Shown here piece after piece: positions 18,160 to 29,264 of a DNA stretch of 64,000 bases (the first letter of the stretch is position 1; the number at the start of each line of letters is the position of its first letter). The DNA lies in contig CBDDDG010000001.1 of the NCBI GenBank assembly GCA_965226555.1, positions 224,001 to 288,000 of the forward strand. Reading direction: 5' to 3'. A program made the translations under genes and the position numbers. Source of the stretch: Salinispira sp. (GTDB lineage: Bacteria > Spirochaetota > Spirochaetia > DSM-27196 > Salinispiraceae). Below the pieces are notes generated by a model, which did no database searches, was not told the origin of the DNA, and was given only the letters and a program-made list of their open reading frames with translations.

Positions 18160-20019
18160 ATGAGTGTAAAAAAAATTGCTATTGGACAGATAAACTCAAC
18201 TATTGGGGATTTTTCGGGAAACATTCAGAAAATTCTGAATTTCAGTTCCCGCGCACATACACACGGAAGTGAGATAATTGTTTTTCCTGAGCTTGCTCTC
18301 TGCGGATATCCGCCCATGGATCTTCTGGAGCACCCGGCCTTTGTTCAGGAAAACATCCGCAGTCTTGACCTACTGCGGAAATTGCTTCCTCCCGATATCG
18401 CCGTTGTACTGGGACATGCATCGCCGTATTCGGGCTCTAGCGATGGCGGCTCTGGCGATGGCGGCTCTGGCGATGGCGGCTCTGGTGATGGCGGCTCTGG
18501 CGATGGCGGGCGAGCTCTGCAGAACAGTGTTTCAGTACTGCTGAATGGCGAAATTGTCCATCGGCAGGCAAAAACCCTTCTTCCAACCTATGATGTTTTT
18601 GATGAAACACGGTATTTTGAGCCTGCTCACGACAGAAAAATCTGGAAATACCGGGGAAGCACCATTGGAATTGCAATTTGTGAAGATATCTGGTGGGAAG
18701 AGGGTGAATATTTCAGACGGCGCGGCGCCAGCGATCCAATTCAGGAACTTCTTGAACAAAAGATCGACCTGCTCCTCGTTCCCTCGGCAAGTCCCTTTCA
18801 CAGCGGAAAACGCGATGTTCGCAAAAAACTCCTGAGCATAATCAGCAGCAGCGGAAAAATTCCTGTTGTATATGTTAATATGACAGGCGCGAATGACAGT
18901 CTGATTTTTGACGGCTATTCTCTCGTTTTTAATGGCAGGGTCAGCGCAATGGGGGCAGGCTTCAGGGAAGAGTTGCTTTTTCACAACCCGTCTGCCCCGC
19001 CCCGCCCGGCTTCAGGGAGCAGTGCCGCGGAAGGAAACACTGCTGCGGGCGCCATCGATCATCATCAAAACGATCATCATCAATGTGAGAAATATGAAGA
19101 TCTGCGGCAGGCTCTCTGCCTTGGCATATCCGACTATCTGAAAAAGACTGGTTTTGAACGGGTACATCTTGGGCTTTCCGGCGGGGTCGACTCCGCTCTG
19201 GTTCTGACACTTGCCGTTCAGGCCCTCGGAGCGGACAAGGTCATGGCATTCATGCTCCCCAGCCGCTACTCATCGCCCGGCAGCATTCATGACTCTGAAA
19301 ACCTCTGTAGAAATCTGGGAATTGAACCAGATACTATTTCCATTGATTCCGTCTACGATTCCTTTGCCGCAGCTCTCAGTTCACAATTTGCGGGAACAGC
19401 GCCCGGTATTGCCGAAGAAAATTTACAGGCGCGAATCAGGGGTACCATCCTCATGGCCTGGTCAAACAAGTTCAAGAGCCTTCTCCTGACCACGGGGAAT
19501 AAATCGGAGCTCAGTGTCGGGTATTGTACACTCTACGGCGATATGTCCGGCGCGCTCGCGGTAATTGGCGATGTATTCAAGACAGAGGTCTATGAGCTCT
19601 GCGAGCACATTAACCGCAGTAATCGCTGTACGCGAGGTAACAGCGGCGGGGACATTATCCCCCGGGAAATTCTCACAAAGGAGCCTTCTGCCGAACTCAG
19701 ACCCGATCAGAAAGATCAGGACAGTCTGCCGCCCTATCGGATTCTCGATGATATTCTGCGGCAGTATTTTCTGCAACGGCAGTCAGCGCCCGCAGGAGGT
19801 TCGGAAGGAATTGATGATGGTATGGATGATGGCAACAGCAACGGCACGCTGGGCGCCCCGCTGGAGCCAGATCCCGAACTCGTCAGAAAAATTATTACAA
19901 TGATCGCCCGCGCCGAATACAAACGCTATCAGGCCCCGCCGGTGTTAAAAGTCTCTCCCAAGGCATTCGGTTCTGGACGGCGGATACCAATTGCGCGGTC
20001 ATTCTATGAGAATTTCTGA
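18160..20019 (+). CDS. nadE: Glutamine-dependent NAD+ synthetase
   Basis: Nitrilase domain (FPEL, ICEDIW) plus GLSGGVDS, ENLQARIRG, TGNKSE, PSAELRPDQKD. Confidence 0.95.
   Translation: MSVKKIAIGQINSTIGDFSGNIQKILNFSSRAHTHGSEIIVFPELALCGYPPMDLLEHPAFVQENIRSLDLLRKLLPPDIAVVLGHASPYSGSSDGGSGDGGSGDGGSGDGGSGDGGRALQNSVSVLLNGEIVHRQAKTLLPTYDVFDETRYFEPAHDRKIWKYRGSTIGIAICEDIWWEEGEYFRRRGASDPIQELLEQKIDLLLVPSASPFHSGKRDVRKKLLSIISSSGKIPVVYVNMTGANDSLIFDGYSLVFNGRVSAMGAGFREELLFHNPSAPPRPASGSSAAEGNTAAGAIDHHQNDHHQCEKYEDLRQALCLGISDYLKKTGFERVHLGLSGGVDSALVLTLAVQALGADKVMAFMLPSRYSSPGSIHDSENLCRNLGIEPDTISIDSVYDSFAAALSSQFAGTAPGIAEENLQARIRGTILMAWSNKFKSLLLTTGNKSELSVGYCTLYGDMSGALAVIGDVFKTEVYELCEHINRSNRCTRGNSGGDIIPREILTKEPSAELRPDQKDQDSLPPYRILDDILRQYFLQRQSAPAGGSEGIDDGMDDGNSNGTLGAPLEPDPELVRKIITMIARAEYKRYQAPPVLKVSPKAFGSGRRIPIARSFYENF
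18433..18509 (+). repeat. 15-bp in-frame tandem repeat, about 5 copies (DGGSG) inside nadE
   Basis: gatggcggctctggc units. Confidence 0.95.
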
Positions 20020-20100
20020 ACAATTGCTGAAAAATACCGCACACAAAAACGTGGACTGATAAAAAAGCTGTTAACAGGAGAATGGAGGGTAATGATGTGA
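20020..20100 (+). pseudogene. C-terminal remnant of a Type I R-M specificity subunit (HsdS)
   Basis: Directly after the nadE stop reads TIAEKYRTQKRGLIKKLLTGEWRVMM*, matching the QKxGLMQKLLTG..RV HsdS terminus. Confidence 0.7.
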
Positions 20101-22086
20101 ATAATCAACAACAACCGATAGTTGATGAAATACGAGTGCGATGCAAGCAATGTGTCAATTTTTTAAAGAGCTATAGAAGCTATATGCAATTAATTCTCCC
20201 TGAAAATAAGACTGATGAAGAATTAATTTCTTTGATCATGGAATATAGCGATAAACCAGAAGATTACGATAATGATATGATGCAAGATGATTGCCATGCT
20301 AAGTTGAAGAAAATAAGAGAAAATAGTCAACATATTCCCGAATGTCTTAAAAAAATAAATATTATTACCAATCAGTTTAACGATAAAGAGTATGTGCAAA
20401 AACTCTCTCTTCAATATTTAAATGTGGTTTTAGCGTTCTTTCAAAATTCAGGTATTACTGGAGATATTCATAGTACAACAGATGAATCTGTTATTTTTGA
20501 ACGTCTAATAAAGTATGATTTTGCCGATTTCTATAATATGTGTGTTCAATTAAATTCACTTGATTGCATTAAAGATATCGAACACAGTGTAGTAATTATT
20601 GGAGCAAATGGATCCGGGAAGAGTACCTTTTCTAGAAATATAAGACAATTTTTTCCATCAGTCTCGGCAATTATTTCTGCGCAGAAGATATTTAGCTACG
20701 AATCGCTTGAAATAATCCCTATTGGGAATAAGACTTTACAAAATGTCCTTAAATTTCAGGTAGATACGAAGATTGATGTAAACAATACCAATATACTTCA
20801 ATATCAAGCAGATATGCTAAATCTTATAACTTCTCTCATTGCAGAGCATAACAATAAAGCTAGTCAATATTATTCAGCTTCAAAAACAGGAGAAGAGAAG
20901 ATTCGGCGAGAAGATTCAAAGCTTGAAAAAGTAATGGAAATTTGGAATGAATTGATAGAACATCGCGAAATGAAGTATGTAGAGAACAATATAAAGATTT
21001 TTTACACAAAAGATAAAACAAAAGCGGAATATGATTTTTCAAAATTAAGCGATGGCGAGAAAGCAGTAATATACTACATTGCCCATATAATGCTATCTCC
21101 AGAAAATTCATATATTATTGTTGACGAACCTGAAAATCATCTTCATATGGGAGTTGTTTCAAAACTTTGGGGATAAGCTTGAGCTTTTACGCGATGATTG
21201 TAAGTTTGTCTACTTAACCCATAATCTTGATTTTGCTTCCTCAAGAATTCACGCCACAAAACTTTGGGCTAAGGGTTTCACTCCACCATCAAGTTGGCAT
21301 GTCGAAAAAATTCCACCTAATATAGTTTTGTCGGAAAAGTTGGTAATGGAGCTTTTGGGAAGTAGGAGGAAGATTCTTTTTTGCGAGGGTAAAAAATCTA
21401 GTATTGATTATAAACTGTATACTCTTCTATTTCCCGAGTACACTATAAAACCTGTTGGTGGTCATCTAATGGTAATTAATTTTACTCGTGCATTTAATAA
21501 ATTAGAAAATTTCTTTCGGAATAATGCCATTGGAATTATTGATGGCGATTTTCATCTGAAAGATGAAAAGGAAAAATGGAAAGAAGATTCAATATATTGT
21601 ATTAAAGCGCAAGAAGTTGAAAATATTTTGTGCGATGAAGAATTACTTGTGGCAGGAGAATCTCATTTTTGTTCTAATTCTAACGTAGCGGAAAAGGCAA
21701 AAATCGAGCTCTTCAACATGATTGAGCAAACTATGGATGAACAAGTACTTCAGTATGTCTGGCAAACGATCAACAATAAACTCAAAAGTAATCTGATTGA
21801 TAAACCTCAGTCAATTGATGAGTTAAAAGACCAGTTGAAATTCTTAGTGCAAAATAACGATGTTGATACCCTTAGATCAAAACGTTCACAGCTCTGGAAA
21901 AAAATTATTAAAGAAAAGGACTTCGATTTGGCAATAAGAACGTATAATAATAAAGGCTTAGCAGGGCGTCTTGGGGGGAAAATTGTAGGTGATTACAAAA
22001 GCCGTATGCTCATTCACTTGGGAAAGAATCCAGATTTGGTAAAAAAATTAAAGCAGAAATATTTTTCAAATATTCCTGATGCTTAA
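20082..22086 (+). pseudogene. Fused ABC-ATPase + DUF4435 TOPRIM protein (PARIS AriA-AriB-like), frameshifted at GGGG 21169-21172
   Basis: GANGSGKS, LSDGEK, VDEPENHLH in the first ORF; YLTHNLDF, FCEG, IDGDF, EVENIL in the second; removing one G gives SKLWDKLE in frame. Confidence 0.75.
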
Positions 22087-22269
22087 GAGGTATGGGGTAG
22101 TACATGTTGTCCTTTCCTACTATAGAAAAGCACATCTCCCAAATTCCTGATCTGTAGCAGCTCAAAGTGTTGATCTATGAGTATCTGTCGCCCGCGGATG
22201 TGCCATACGTCTGGAGCTGGGGGCTGGGTCGGGGATGTATCATAAGTAATGGATGTTTGAGCAAACCCT

Positions 22270-22464
22270 TTGCCTGAAGTTCTTTTTTCTTTCTCTGCAT
22301 ACAAAACAGCCGGAATTACAGCAGTAGTCTACACTGTTGGCGGAGATACCCTTCATCGGATACTCCGAAGGTTGAAATTTGGAGGAACAGTTGCCGTCAG
22401 CGGCACAGATATCAACCCCAACATAAATGATCCAGACAAGCAGGTGCCTATCATTCATCCGTGA
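22270..22464 (+). pseudogene. Fragment resembling a YhdH/AcuI-type MDR oxidoreductase
   Basis: AVVYTVGGDTLHRILRRLKFGGTVAVSG resembles the AVDTVGG.TL...L....GG.VA..G motif. Confidence 0.4.
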
Positions 22465-22787
22465 TATTTTCTCCGTATATATTATAGAGGAAGGTTTGCA
22501 AAGAGCAAAAATTTCTATAAAAATGAACATGGTTTATGATATAATGAAGAACACAAACTTCAAAATAAACGGGGGGAATTAAACAATGCACAACGGTCAG
22601 AATGATCAAAATGTTATTCGCATTAATGATGATCATGTACTGGTAATGAAAAAATGCTTATGGTAAACTATATTAGAAACTTTTGCATAAAGCAAAAGTT
22701 TCCGATCTGGAATGCTTTCTTTGTGCTTAGCATTCTCCTATTTTATAGAAAATTTTGCAAATGCAAAATTTTCTTTGAGGATATTAT

Positions 22788-24038
22788 ATGAATTGTAATG
22801 TTCCCAGCCGTACCATTTTTTGTCACGATAACTTAGATGTTCTCAGAAATATCAATTCCGATTGTATTGATATAATTTATCTTGACCCGCCATTCAACAA
22901 GAAAAAACCATTTACAGCTCCTGTCGGAAGTTCCGCTGAGGGAGCTTCCTTTTCCGATATTTTTCGACAGGAAGATGTAAAAGAAGAATGGGTGCAGTCC
23001 ATAAGGGAAGATAATACACCATTATATAATCTCCTCCAGTTTGCATTGGAGGTGGAGGGCCGAACAAGTTACAATTTTTGCTACCTTTCTTATATGGCTA
23101 TCCGCCTGCTTGAAATATACAGAGTTTTGAGCGGCTCAGGGAGTATCTATCTCCATTGCGACCCGACAATGAGCCATTATTTGAAGTTGGTAATGGATTG
23201 TATTTTTGGTGAGAAGAATTTCAGGAATGAGATTGTGTGGGGGTATCGTACAGGCGGTGTTAGTAAAAATCATTTTCCAAGAAAACACGATACAATTTTC
23301 TTATATTCCAAATCGAACAAATATAAACATAATCCATTGCAGGAGATAATTTTATACGACACGCCATTTTTTACAGATGCAATACCCAATGAAAATGGCA
23401 AGTATGAGGTAAAGGTATATGTTAGAGACGTTTGGGAAGACGGGGTAAAACCAGTCATAAATATGTCGAAAGAACACATTGGGTATCCCACACAAAAGCC
23501 GCTTGCTTTACTGGAGCGTATTATACAAGCCAGTAGTAATGAGGGAGATATTGTTCTTGACCCCTTCTGCGGTTGTGCTACCACCTGTGTTGCAGCCGAA
23601 AAATTAAACAGGAAATGGATTGGAATTGATATTTCCATAAAAGCGTATGAGTTAGTCAAAGTAAGACTCACGAGGGAAATAGTAGATGAAGCAGGGTTAT
23701 TTTTTGATTGGGAAAATAACTTAAATTTTTCTACCTCACCACCTCAACGTACAGATGCAAAAGATAGTCCATTAGGCATGCAAAAATATGTATATATTAT
23801 ATCACACAAAAACTTCCCAGGAGAATACAAGGTTGGAATTGCAAAAGATTGGAAATCACGATTAAATAGTTATCAAACTGGAGATCCTGAACGAGCCTAT
23901 AAAATAGAATATTCCTTTCTTACTCCACATTACCGAGAAATAGAGATGCGTATTCATTCTCTTTTTCCCAATAAACATGAATGGGTCCAGGGTACAGTGA
24001 AAGATATAAAAAATGAGATTGAAAAATTCAAATTATGA
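22788..24038 (+). CDS. Beta-class DNA methyltransferase fused to a C-terminal GIY-YIG/T5orf172-like domain
   Basis: YLDPPF, YPTQKP, LDPFCGCATT; tail YVYII...YKVGIAKDWKSRLNSYQTGDP...E..IH...HEW. Confidence 0.85.
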   Translation: MNCNVPSRTIFCHDNLDVLRNINSDCIDIIYLDPPFNKKKPFTAPVGSSAEGASFSDIFRQEDVKEEWVQSIREDNTPLYNLLQFALEVEGRTSYNFCYLSYMAIRLLEIYRVLSGSGSIYLHCDPTMSHYLKLVMDCIFGEKNFRNEIVWGYRTGGVSKNHFPRKHDTIFLYSKSNKYKHNPLQEIILYDTPFFTDAIPNENGKYEVKVYVRDVWEDGVKPVINMSKEHIGYPTQKPLALLERIIQASSNEGDIVLDPFCGCATTCVAAEKLNRKWIGIDISIKAYELVKVRLTREIVDEAGLFFDWENNLNFSTSPPQRTDAKDSPLGMQKYVYIISHKNFPGEYKVGIAKDWKSRLNSYQTGDPERAYKIEYSFLTPHYREIEMRIHSLFPNKHEWVQGTVKDIKNEIEKFKL

Positions 24039-24098
24039 TGAAGTTTTTGCAAAATGCAAAATTTTCTATTATTATATTTACAAGAAACAGGGGGAGCC

Positions 24099-25829
24099 AT
24101 GGTACATGAATTTGATGCAGTAATTGTCGGCGCTGGCGGCGCTGGTTTATATGCGGCGCTTGAGGCAAGCGGTTCATCCAAAACAGCTGTTATTTCCAAA
24201 CTCTACCCATCGCGAAGCCATACCGGTGCCGCGCAGGGGGGCATTGGCGCTGCCCTTGGAAACTATGAGGAAGATAAACCTGAATGGCATGCCTTCGATA
24301 CCGTGAAGGGCGGCGATTATCTGGTTGATCAGAAGGCAGCAATGATTCTCGCAAAAGAAGCTGTTCGGGCAGTGTATGATCTGGAAAATAAGGGACTTCC
24401 GTTTTCCCGTACGCCGGACGGTAAAATTGGTCAACGCCGGTTTGGCGGACACACCCGAAACTTTGGAGAGGCGCCTGTTCGAAGATCATGCTACGCCGCA
24501 GACCGAACCGGTCACATGATACTTCAAACCCTCTATCAACAATGCATAAAAAATGATGTTTCATTTTTCGATGAATTTCAGGCTGTTGACCTCATTCTGA
24601 ACGGAAACAGGGTAGCAGGTATCGTTGCCCTCGAACTGAAAACCGGTGAGGTGCATATTTTCCGCGCAAAGGCAGTTCTTTTTGCCACTGGCGGATTCGG
24701 ACGCATCTTCAAAACCACTTCCAACGCTATGGCTAACACCGGAGACGGGCCGGCGCTCATTGCGCGGGCTGGAATCCCCCTCATGGATATGGAATTTTAT
24801 CAATTTCATCCTACCGGCATTTACAAAATGGGCATTCTCATCACAGAAGGCGTTCGCGGTGAAGGCGGAATACTCCGAAACTCCCGAAATGAGCGGTTTA
24901 TGGAACAATACGCCCCAACCCTTTTGGATCTTGCGCCGCGCGACATGGTAAGCCGGGCAATTATGACAGAAATTGCAGCGGGAAGGGGAATTCGAGGTGA
25001 TCGGGCAATTGACGATTTTGTGTATCTTGATGCTACCCACCTCGGGCGGCAGGTCATTGAGGAACGCATTCCCGACATAGCCGACTTCTGCCGGACATAT
25101 CTTGATATTGATCCTGCCGAAAAACCCATGCCCGTCCAGCCCACGGCGCACTATGCCATGGGGGGCATTCCGACAAACATCGATGGACTCGTTACCACCG
25201 GCTCGACTGCTTGGGAGGGGCTTTATGCCGCCGGAGAGGCAGCCTGCGTTAGTGTACACGGAGCAAACCGGCTCGGTACAAACAGCCTCGTCGACTTGGT
25301 CGTGTTCGGCCGGCGCGCCGGTCAGCACATTGCCCGCTACGTCCGGGAATGTGACATGCCCGCCTGGCCGAAGGGAGCCGAAAACGACTTCAAAAAACTA
25401 CTCGCCCGCCTTAAAGACGGAAAAAGCGGAAAACATCCAGGTCCTATCTACACATCCATGCAGGAAAGCATGATGAAGAACGTGGGAGTATATCGAACTG
25501 AAGAAGAAATGAAACAGGCAGCGCGGGACATTCGGGCGCTCAGGGAAGAATACCGCGAACTCCGAATTGAAGATATGTCCGATACCTTCAATTCAGAAAT
25601 TCTCGGCATTCTTGAATTAGGAAATCTCCTTGATCTTAGCCTGATAACGGCCGAAAGCGCGCTTAATCGGAAAGAAAGCAGGGGCGCTCACAGTAGAAAG
25701 GACTATACCGAAAGAAACGATGACGAGTGGCTTAAGCACACTCTTGCCGCTCTCAACGGAAACTCTGTTTCAATTACCTATAAAAATGTGGATACCAGCA
25801 TCTGGGAGCCCAAACCCCGAGTCTATTAA
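24099..25829 (+). CDS. sdhA: Succinate dehydrogenase/fumarate reductase flavoprotein subunit
   Basis: [39 protein letters not shown]. Confidence 0.95.
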   Translation: MVHEFDAVIVGAGGAGLYAALEASGSSKTAVISKLYPSRSHTGAAQGGIGAALGNYEEDKPEWHAFDTVKGGDYLVDQKAAMILAKEAVRAVYDLENKGLPFSRTPDGKIGQRRFGGHTRNFGEAPVRRSCYAADRTGHMILQTLYQQCIKNDVSFFDEFQAVDLILNGNRVAGIVALELKTGEVHIFRAKAVLFATGGFGRIFKTTSNAMANTGDGPALIARAGIPLMDMEFYQFHPTGIYKMGILITEGVRGEGGILRNSRNERFMEQYAPTLLDLAPRDMVSRAIMTEIAAGRGIRGDRAIDDFVYLDATHLGRQVIEERIPDIADFCRTYLDIDPAEKPMPVQPTAHYAMGGIPTNIDGLVTTGSTAWEGLYAAGEAACVSVHGANRLGTNSLVDLVVFGRRAGQHIARYVRECDMPAWPKGAENDFKKLLARLKDGKSGKHPGPIYTSMQESMMKNVGVYRTEEEMKQAARDIRALREEYRELRIEDMSDTFNSEILGILELGNLLDLSLITAESALNRKESRGAHSRKDYTERNDDEWLKHTLAALNGNSVSITYKNVDTSIWEPKPRVY

Positions 25830-25851
25830 AACTCAATACATTGGAGGACGT

Positions 25852-26658
25852 ATGAAAATAACTCTGAAAATTCAACGATTCAATCCAGCAAAGGATCAGA
25901 AACCCTTCTTTATGGAATATGGCGTTACGGTAAAACCCACCGACCGGATTCTTGATGCAATTATCGATATCAAACGCAACCAGGACGGTTCCCTCGCCTT
26001 CAGGAGAAGCTGTGCTCACGGGGTCTGCGGTTCAGATGCCATGATAATCAATAATAAAGAAGCTCTGGCCTGCAAAACGCTTGTGCAGGATGCGGCAGCT
26101 GATGATGGTGATGTTATTACCCTCCAGCCGCTGAACCACCAGGAGATACAACGGGATCTCATGGTCGACCAGAGCACATTTTTTCAGAAATATCGCGATG
26201 TTCAGCCCTTCTTCATTCCGAGAGATGAAGATCTGAAAGGAGAACAGGAACAATTTCAATCGGTAGAAGAGCGTGAATTCTTCGATGATTCAACAAAGTG
26301 TATTCTGTGTTCAGCATGCTATTCGGCATGCCCTGTTCTCGATAAAAATCCCGATTTTATTGGACCCGCTGCTATCGTTCAGGCCGTCCGTTTTGTCAAC
26401 GACAGCCGCGATAAAGGACTTGAACCGCGCCTTGCTGTTCTTGACAGCCCAAACGGTGTCTGGCCATGTGAGAACAACTTTCATTGTACAGAAGTCTGCC
26501 CGCGGGAAATTCCGGTAACAAAGCTCATTAATCTTACGAAGCGTCAAATTAAGGCATATCGAAAAGAACGGGGAGAAGAAATACACGATGATGGACAGGA
26601 TACACTGCAGAAGGCAGCCAAGAAAGCGGACAGGCAGGCAAAGAAGGCAGCAAAGTAA
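25852..26658 (+). CDS. sdhB: Succinate dehydrogenase iron-sulfur subunit
   Basis: SCAHGVCGSD, CILCSACYSACP, C..NFHCTEVCP; SD GGAGG before ATG 25852. Confidence 0.95.
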   Translation: MKITLKIQRFNPAKDQKPFFMEYGVTVKPTDRILDAIIDIKRNQDGSLAFRRSCAHGVCGSDAMIINNKEALACKTLVQDAAADDGDVITLQPLNHQEIQRDLMVDQSTFFQKYRDVQPFFIPRDEDLKGEQEQFQSVEEREFFDDSTKCILCSACYSACPVLDKNPDFIGPAAIVQAVRFVNDSRDKGLEPRLAVLDSPNGVWPCENNFHCTEVCPREIPVTKLINLTKRQIKAYRKERGEEIHDDGQDTLQKAAKKADRQAKKAAK

Positions 26659-27798
26659 ATGAATATTCACGAATATCAGGGAAAACAACTGTTTCAGTCC
26701 TACGGAATTGATACCGGCCCGCAGTATCTGGTGAAAACACCTGAAGAAGCCCGTGAAGCATGGGAAAAATTCGGGGGCACGGTTGTGGTGAAGGCTCAGG
26801 TGCTTTCCGGCGGCAGGGGAAAGGCAGGCGGTGTAAAAATTGCCCGAACTGCCGATGAAACCGAAGCTGCTGCGAGGGAAATTTTTGCTCTGAACATCAA
26901 AGGATTTCCTGTAGAGAAAATTCTCATTGTTCCGGCATCGGAAATAAAACAGGAATTTTACCTCGGCATTACCATGGATCGTTTTAACAAGTACCTCGTT
27001 CTCATGATAAGCGCTGAGGGCGGTGTTGATATTGAAGAACTTGCGGTACATCGCCCGGAAGCCATAAAGAAATTTCCCGTTTATCCCGCAGAGGGAATTG
27101 ACTGGGCGAGCCTTTCTCCCATTCTCCATGAAATTTTTAAGACAGATAATCTGGTACATCAGGCAAGAGACCATATAGAAAAACTCTTCAAACTCTATAT
27201 GGAAAGCGATTGTACTCTGGTTGAAATAAATCCCCTTGCCATTGTCGAAAACAATACACTTATGGCCCTCGATTCCAAAATTAATTTTGATGACAATGGT
27301 CTGTTTAAGCACCCCGATATTGAAGCACTGCGTAATCGGGAAGAAAACAGTCGGGATGAAATTGATGCAAAAGAGGCCGGGCTGAGTTTTGTAAATATGG
27401 ATGGTAACATCGGCTGTATTGTAAACGGTGCTGGTCTTGCTATGGCTACCATGGACATTATCAAGCTTTTTGGCGGACAGCCTGCGAATTTTCTGGATGT
27501 CGGGGGCAGTTCCAACCCCAACAAAATGGTAACTGCCATAAAAATTATTATGCGAAACCCCTCGGTAAGGGCAATTCTTATTAATATTTTTGGCGGAATT
27601 ACCCGAGGCGATGACATTGCACATGGTCTTCTTCTCGCCATGAAGGAAGTCGATATCAATGTTCCTCTCGTTATCCGGCTCATTGGCACAAACGATGAGG
27701 AAGGACGGGAAATCTTACAGAAAGCCGGGCTGGAAGCATCCACTGATCTTGATGAGGCAGTCAAGCGCGCGGTCAAACTTAGTAAAAGCACGGCATAG
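26659..27798 (+). CDS. sucC: Succinyl-CoA ligase beta subunit
   Basis: MNIHEYQGK, GGRGKAGGV, NGAGLAMATMD, NFLDVGG. Confidence 0.97.
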   Translation: MNIHEYQGKQLFQSYGIDTGPQYLVKTPEEAREAWEKFGGTVVVKAQVLSGGRGKAGGVKIARTADETEAAAREIFALNIKGFPVEKILIVPASEIKQEFYLGITMDRFNKYLVLMISAEGGVDIEELAVHRPEAIKKFPVYPAEGIDWASLSPILHEIFKTDNLVHQARDHIEKLFKLYMESDCTLVEINPLAIVENNTLMALDSKINFDDNGLFKHPDIEALRNREENSRDEIDAKEAGLSFVNMDGNIGCIVNGAGLAMATMDIIKLFGGQPANFLDVGGSSNPNKMVTAIKIIMRNPSVRAILINIFGGITRGDDIAHGLLLAMKEVDINVPLVIRLIGTNDEEGREILQKAGLEASTDLDEAVKRAVKLSKSTA

Positions 27799-27864
27799 CA
27801 TAAACGCATGGCAGGCGCATAGTAGCATAGCAGCATAGAAAGACAGGAACAAAAGGACAGAAAT

Positions 27865-28731
27865 ATGAGTATTTTAGTAGATGAAAACACCCAGGTACTT
27901 GTACAGGGTATTACCGGAAGAGACGGGAGCTTTCATACCAGAACCATGATTGGCGATGGCACAAAAATTGTTGCGGGAGTAACTCCCGGCAAAGGCGGGC
28001 AGACGATGGACGGCATTCCCGTGTACAACAGCGTCAGCGATGCTCAGCGCGATCACCGCATAGATGCCTCAGTAATTTTTGTACCGCCGAAGTTTGCCAA
28101 CGCGGCAATTATTGAAGCGGCAGACGCAGGTATCCCCCTTATCATCTGTATAACCGAGGGTATACCGGTAAACGAAATACTCAATACATATCATTACGTG
28201 AAGAAAAAAGGTCTCCGTCTCATCGGCCCCAACTGTCCGGGAATAATAAGCCCGGGCAAATGCAAAATTGGCATTATGCCCCTGAAAATTCACCGTGAAG
28301 GTAGCATTGGCGTCATAAGCCGGAGCGGAACACTGACATATGAGGTTGTTCATGCTCTCAGTACTCATGATATGGGGCAGTCGACCTGCATCGGTATCGG
28401 CGGTGATCCTGTGGTCGGCTCCAGTTTCATTGATCTGCTCACCCTGTTCAATGCCGATGCTGATACCAGCGCCGTGGTCATGATCGGTGAGATCGGCGGA
28501 GAAGATGAGGAAGCCGCAGCCTCCTTCATTGCGCAGAATATGAAAAAACCTGTTGTCGGCTTCATATCGGGACGTACCGCGCCTCCGGGCAAACGTATGG
28601 GACATGCCGGAGCAATTATTTCCGGAGGGAAGGGTACACCGGAGGCAAAGGTTCAGGCATTGGAACGCGCCGGCGTACAGGTTGCAAACACTCCCAGTGA
28701 AATTCCCCGCTTACTGCGGAAAATGATATAA
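27865..28731 (+). CDS. sucD: Succinyl-CoA ligase alpha subunit
   Basis: [26 protein letters not shown]. Confidence 0.97.
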   Translation: MSILVDENTQVLVQGITGRDGSFHTRTMIGDGTKIVAGVTPGKGGQTMDGIPVYNSVSDAQRDHRIDASVIFVPPKFANAAIIEAADAGIPLIICITEGIPVNEILNTYHYVKKKGLRLIGPNCPGIISPGKCKIGIMPLKIHREGSIGVISRSGTLTYEVVHALSTHDMGQSTCIGIGGDPVVGSSFIDLLTLFNADADTSAVVMIGEIGGEDEEAAASFIAQNMKKPVVGFISGRTAPPGKRMGHAGAIISGGKGTPEAKVQALERAGVQVANTPSEIPRLLRKMI

Positions 28732-28808
28732 AGTTTTGCAGAATGCGAGAATGCTAAGCACAGAGAGTCATTCAAAATGTGAATTCCCGACATCAGGAGG
28801 TTGTATAT

Positions 28809-29234
28809 ATGAACGTACCAGCAATATTTCATAATACCATTGATGAATCGCAATCCAGTAGTGAGTCTGCGTCGGAAGATGCTGTTTTTAATCACAAATG
28901 CCTAATGCTCACAATAAACCATACAGCGTCCAAAAAAGGAATTTATGAGGCCACACAATGTTCTTGGAAGCTCAGCAGAACAAGGGTAAAGGAAGTAGAA
29001 TACGTCCTCTCGGTAGTGCAGGGAACTATTGTCGGTGTGTTTAAACCACTGGAGTGGCTGGATGCAACACGGGAAAATTTTTCAGACCTTAATATTGTTA
29101 CCCCGGGGAGAATCGGATTTAAGGGATTGGAAGCCGAAGAGTCAGTAAAGCAACAATATTTACACAAGCGCGTTCCGGCTCGGCCAGCGGCGCAGCAAAA
29201 CCCGGTACGATACAGTTTTAGAGAGTATTCATAG
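28809..29234 (+). CDS. Hypothetical protein resembling the C-terminal domain of LEM-3/GIY-YIG-like proteins
   Basis: SD AGGAGG; IYEATQCSWK..R...VEYVLSV.QG.IVGVF...W...RIGF.G...QNPVRY pattern; no nuclease motif. Confidence 0.45.
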   Translation: MNVPAIFHNTIDESQSSSESASEDAVFNHKCLMLTINHTASKKGIYEATQCSWKLSRTRVKEVEYVLSVVQGTIVGVFKPLEWLDATRENFSDLNIVTPGRIGFKGLEAEESVKQQYLHKRVPARPAAQQNPVRYSFREYS

Positions 29235-29264
29235 CGCACAAAACACTTAGAACAGGAGATATTT

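Noticed and set aside
24054..24098. Extended N-termini in the ORF track (3005, 18043, 24054, 25720, 44167, 55144)
   Set aside because: They start inside repeats or neighbouring genes; downstream ATGs fit SD positions or family N-termini better
26311..27624. 437-aa antisense ORF over sdhB/sucC, and similar long antisense ORFs such as 5620-6744 and 58799-59506
   Set aside because: Shadow frames of well-supported genes, with no motifs
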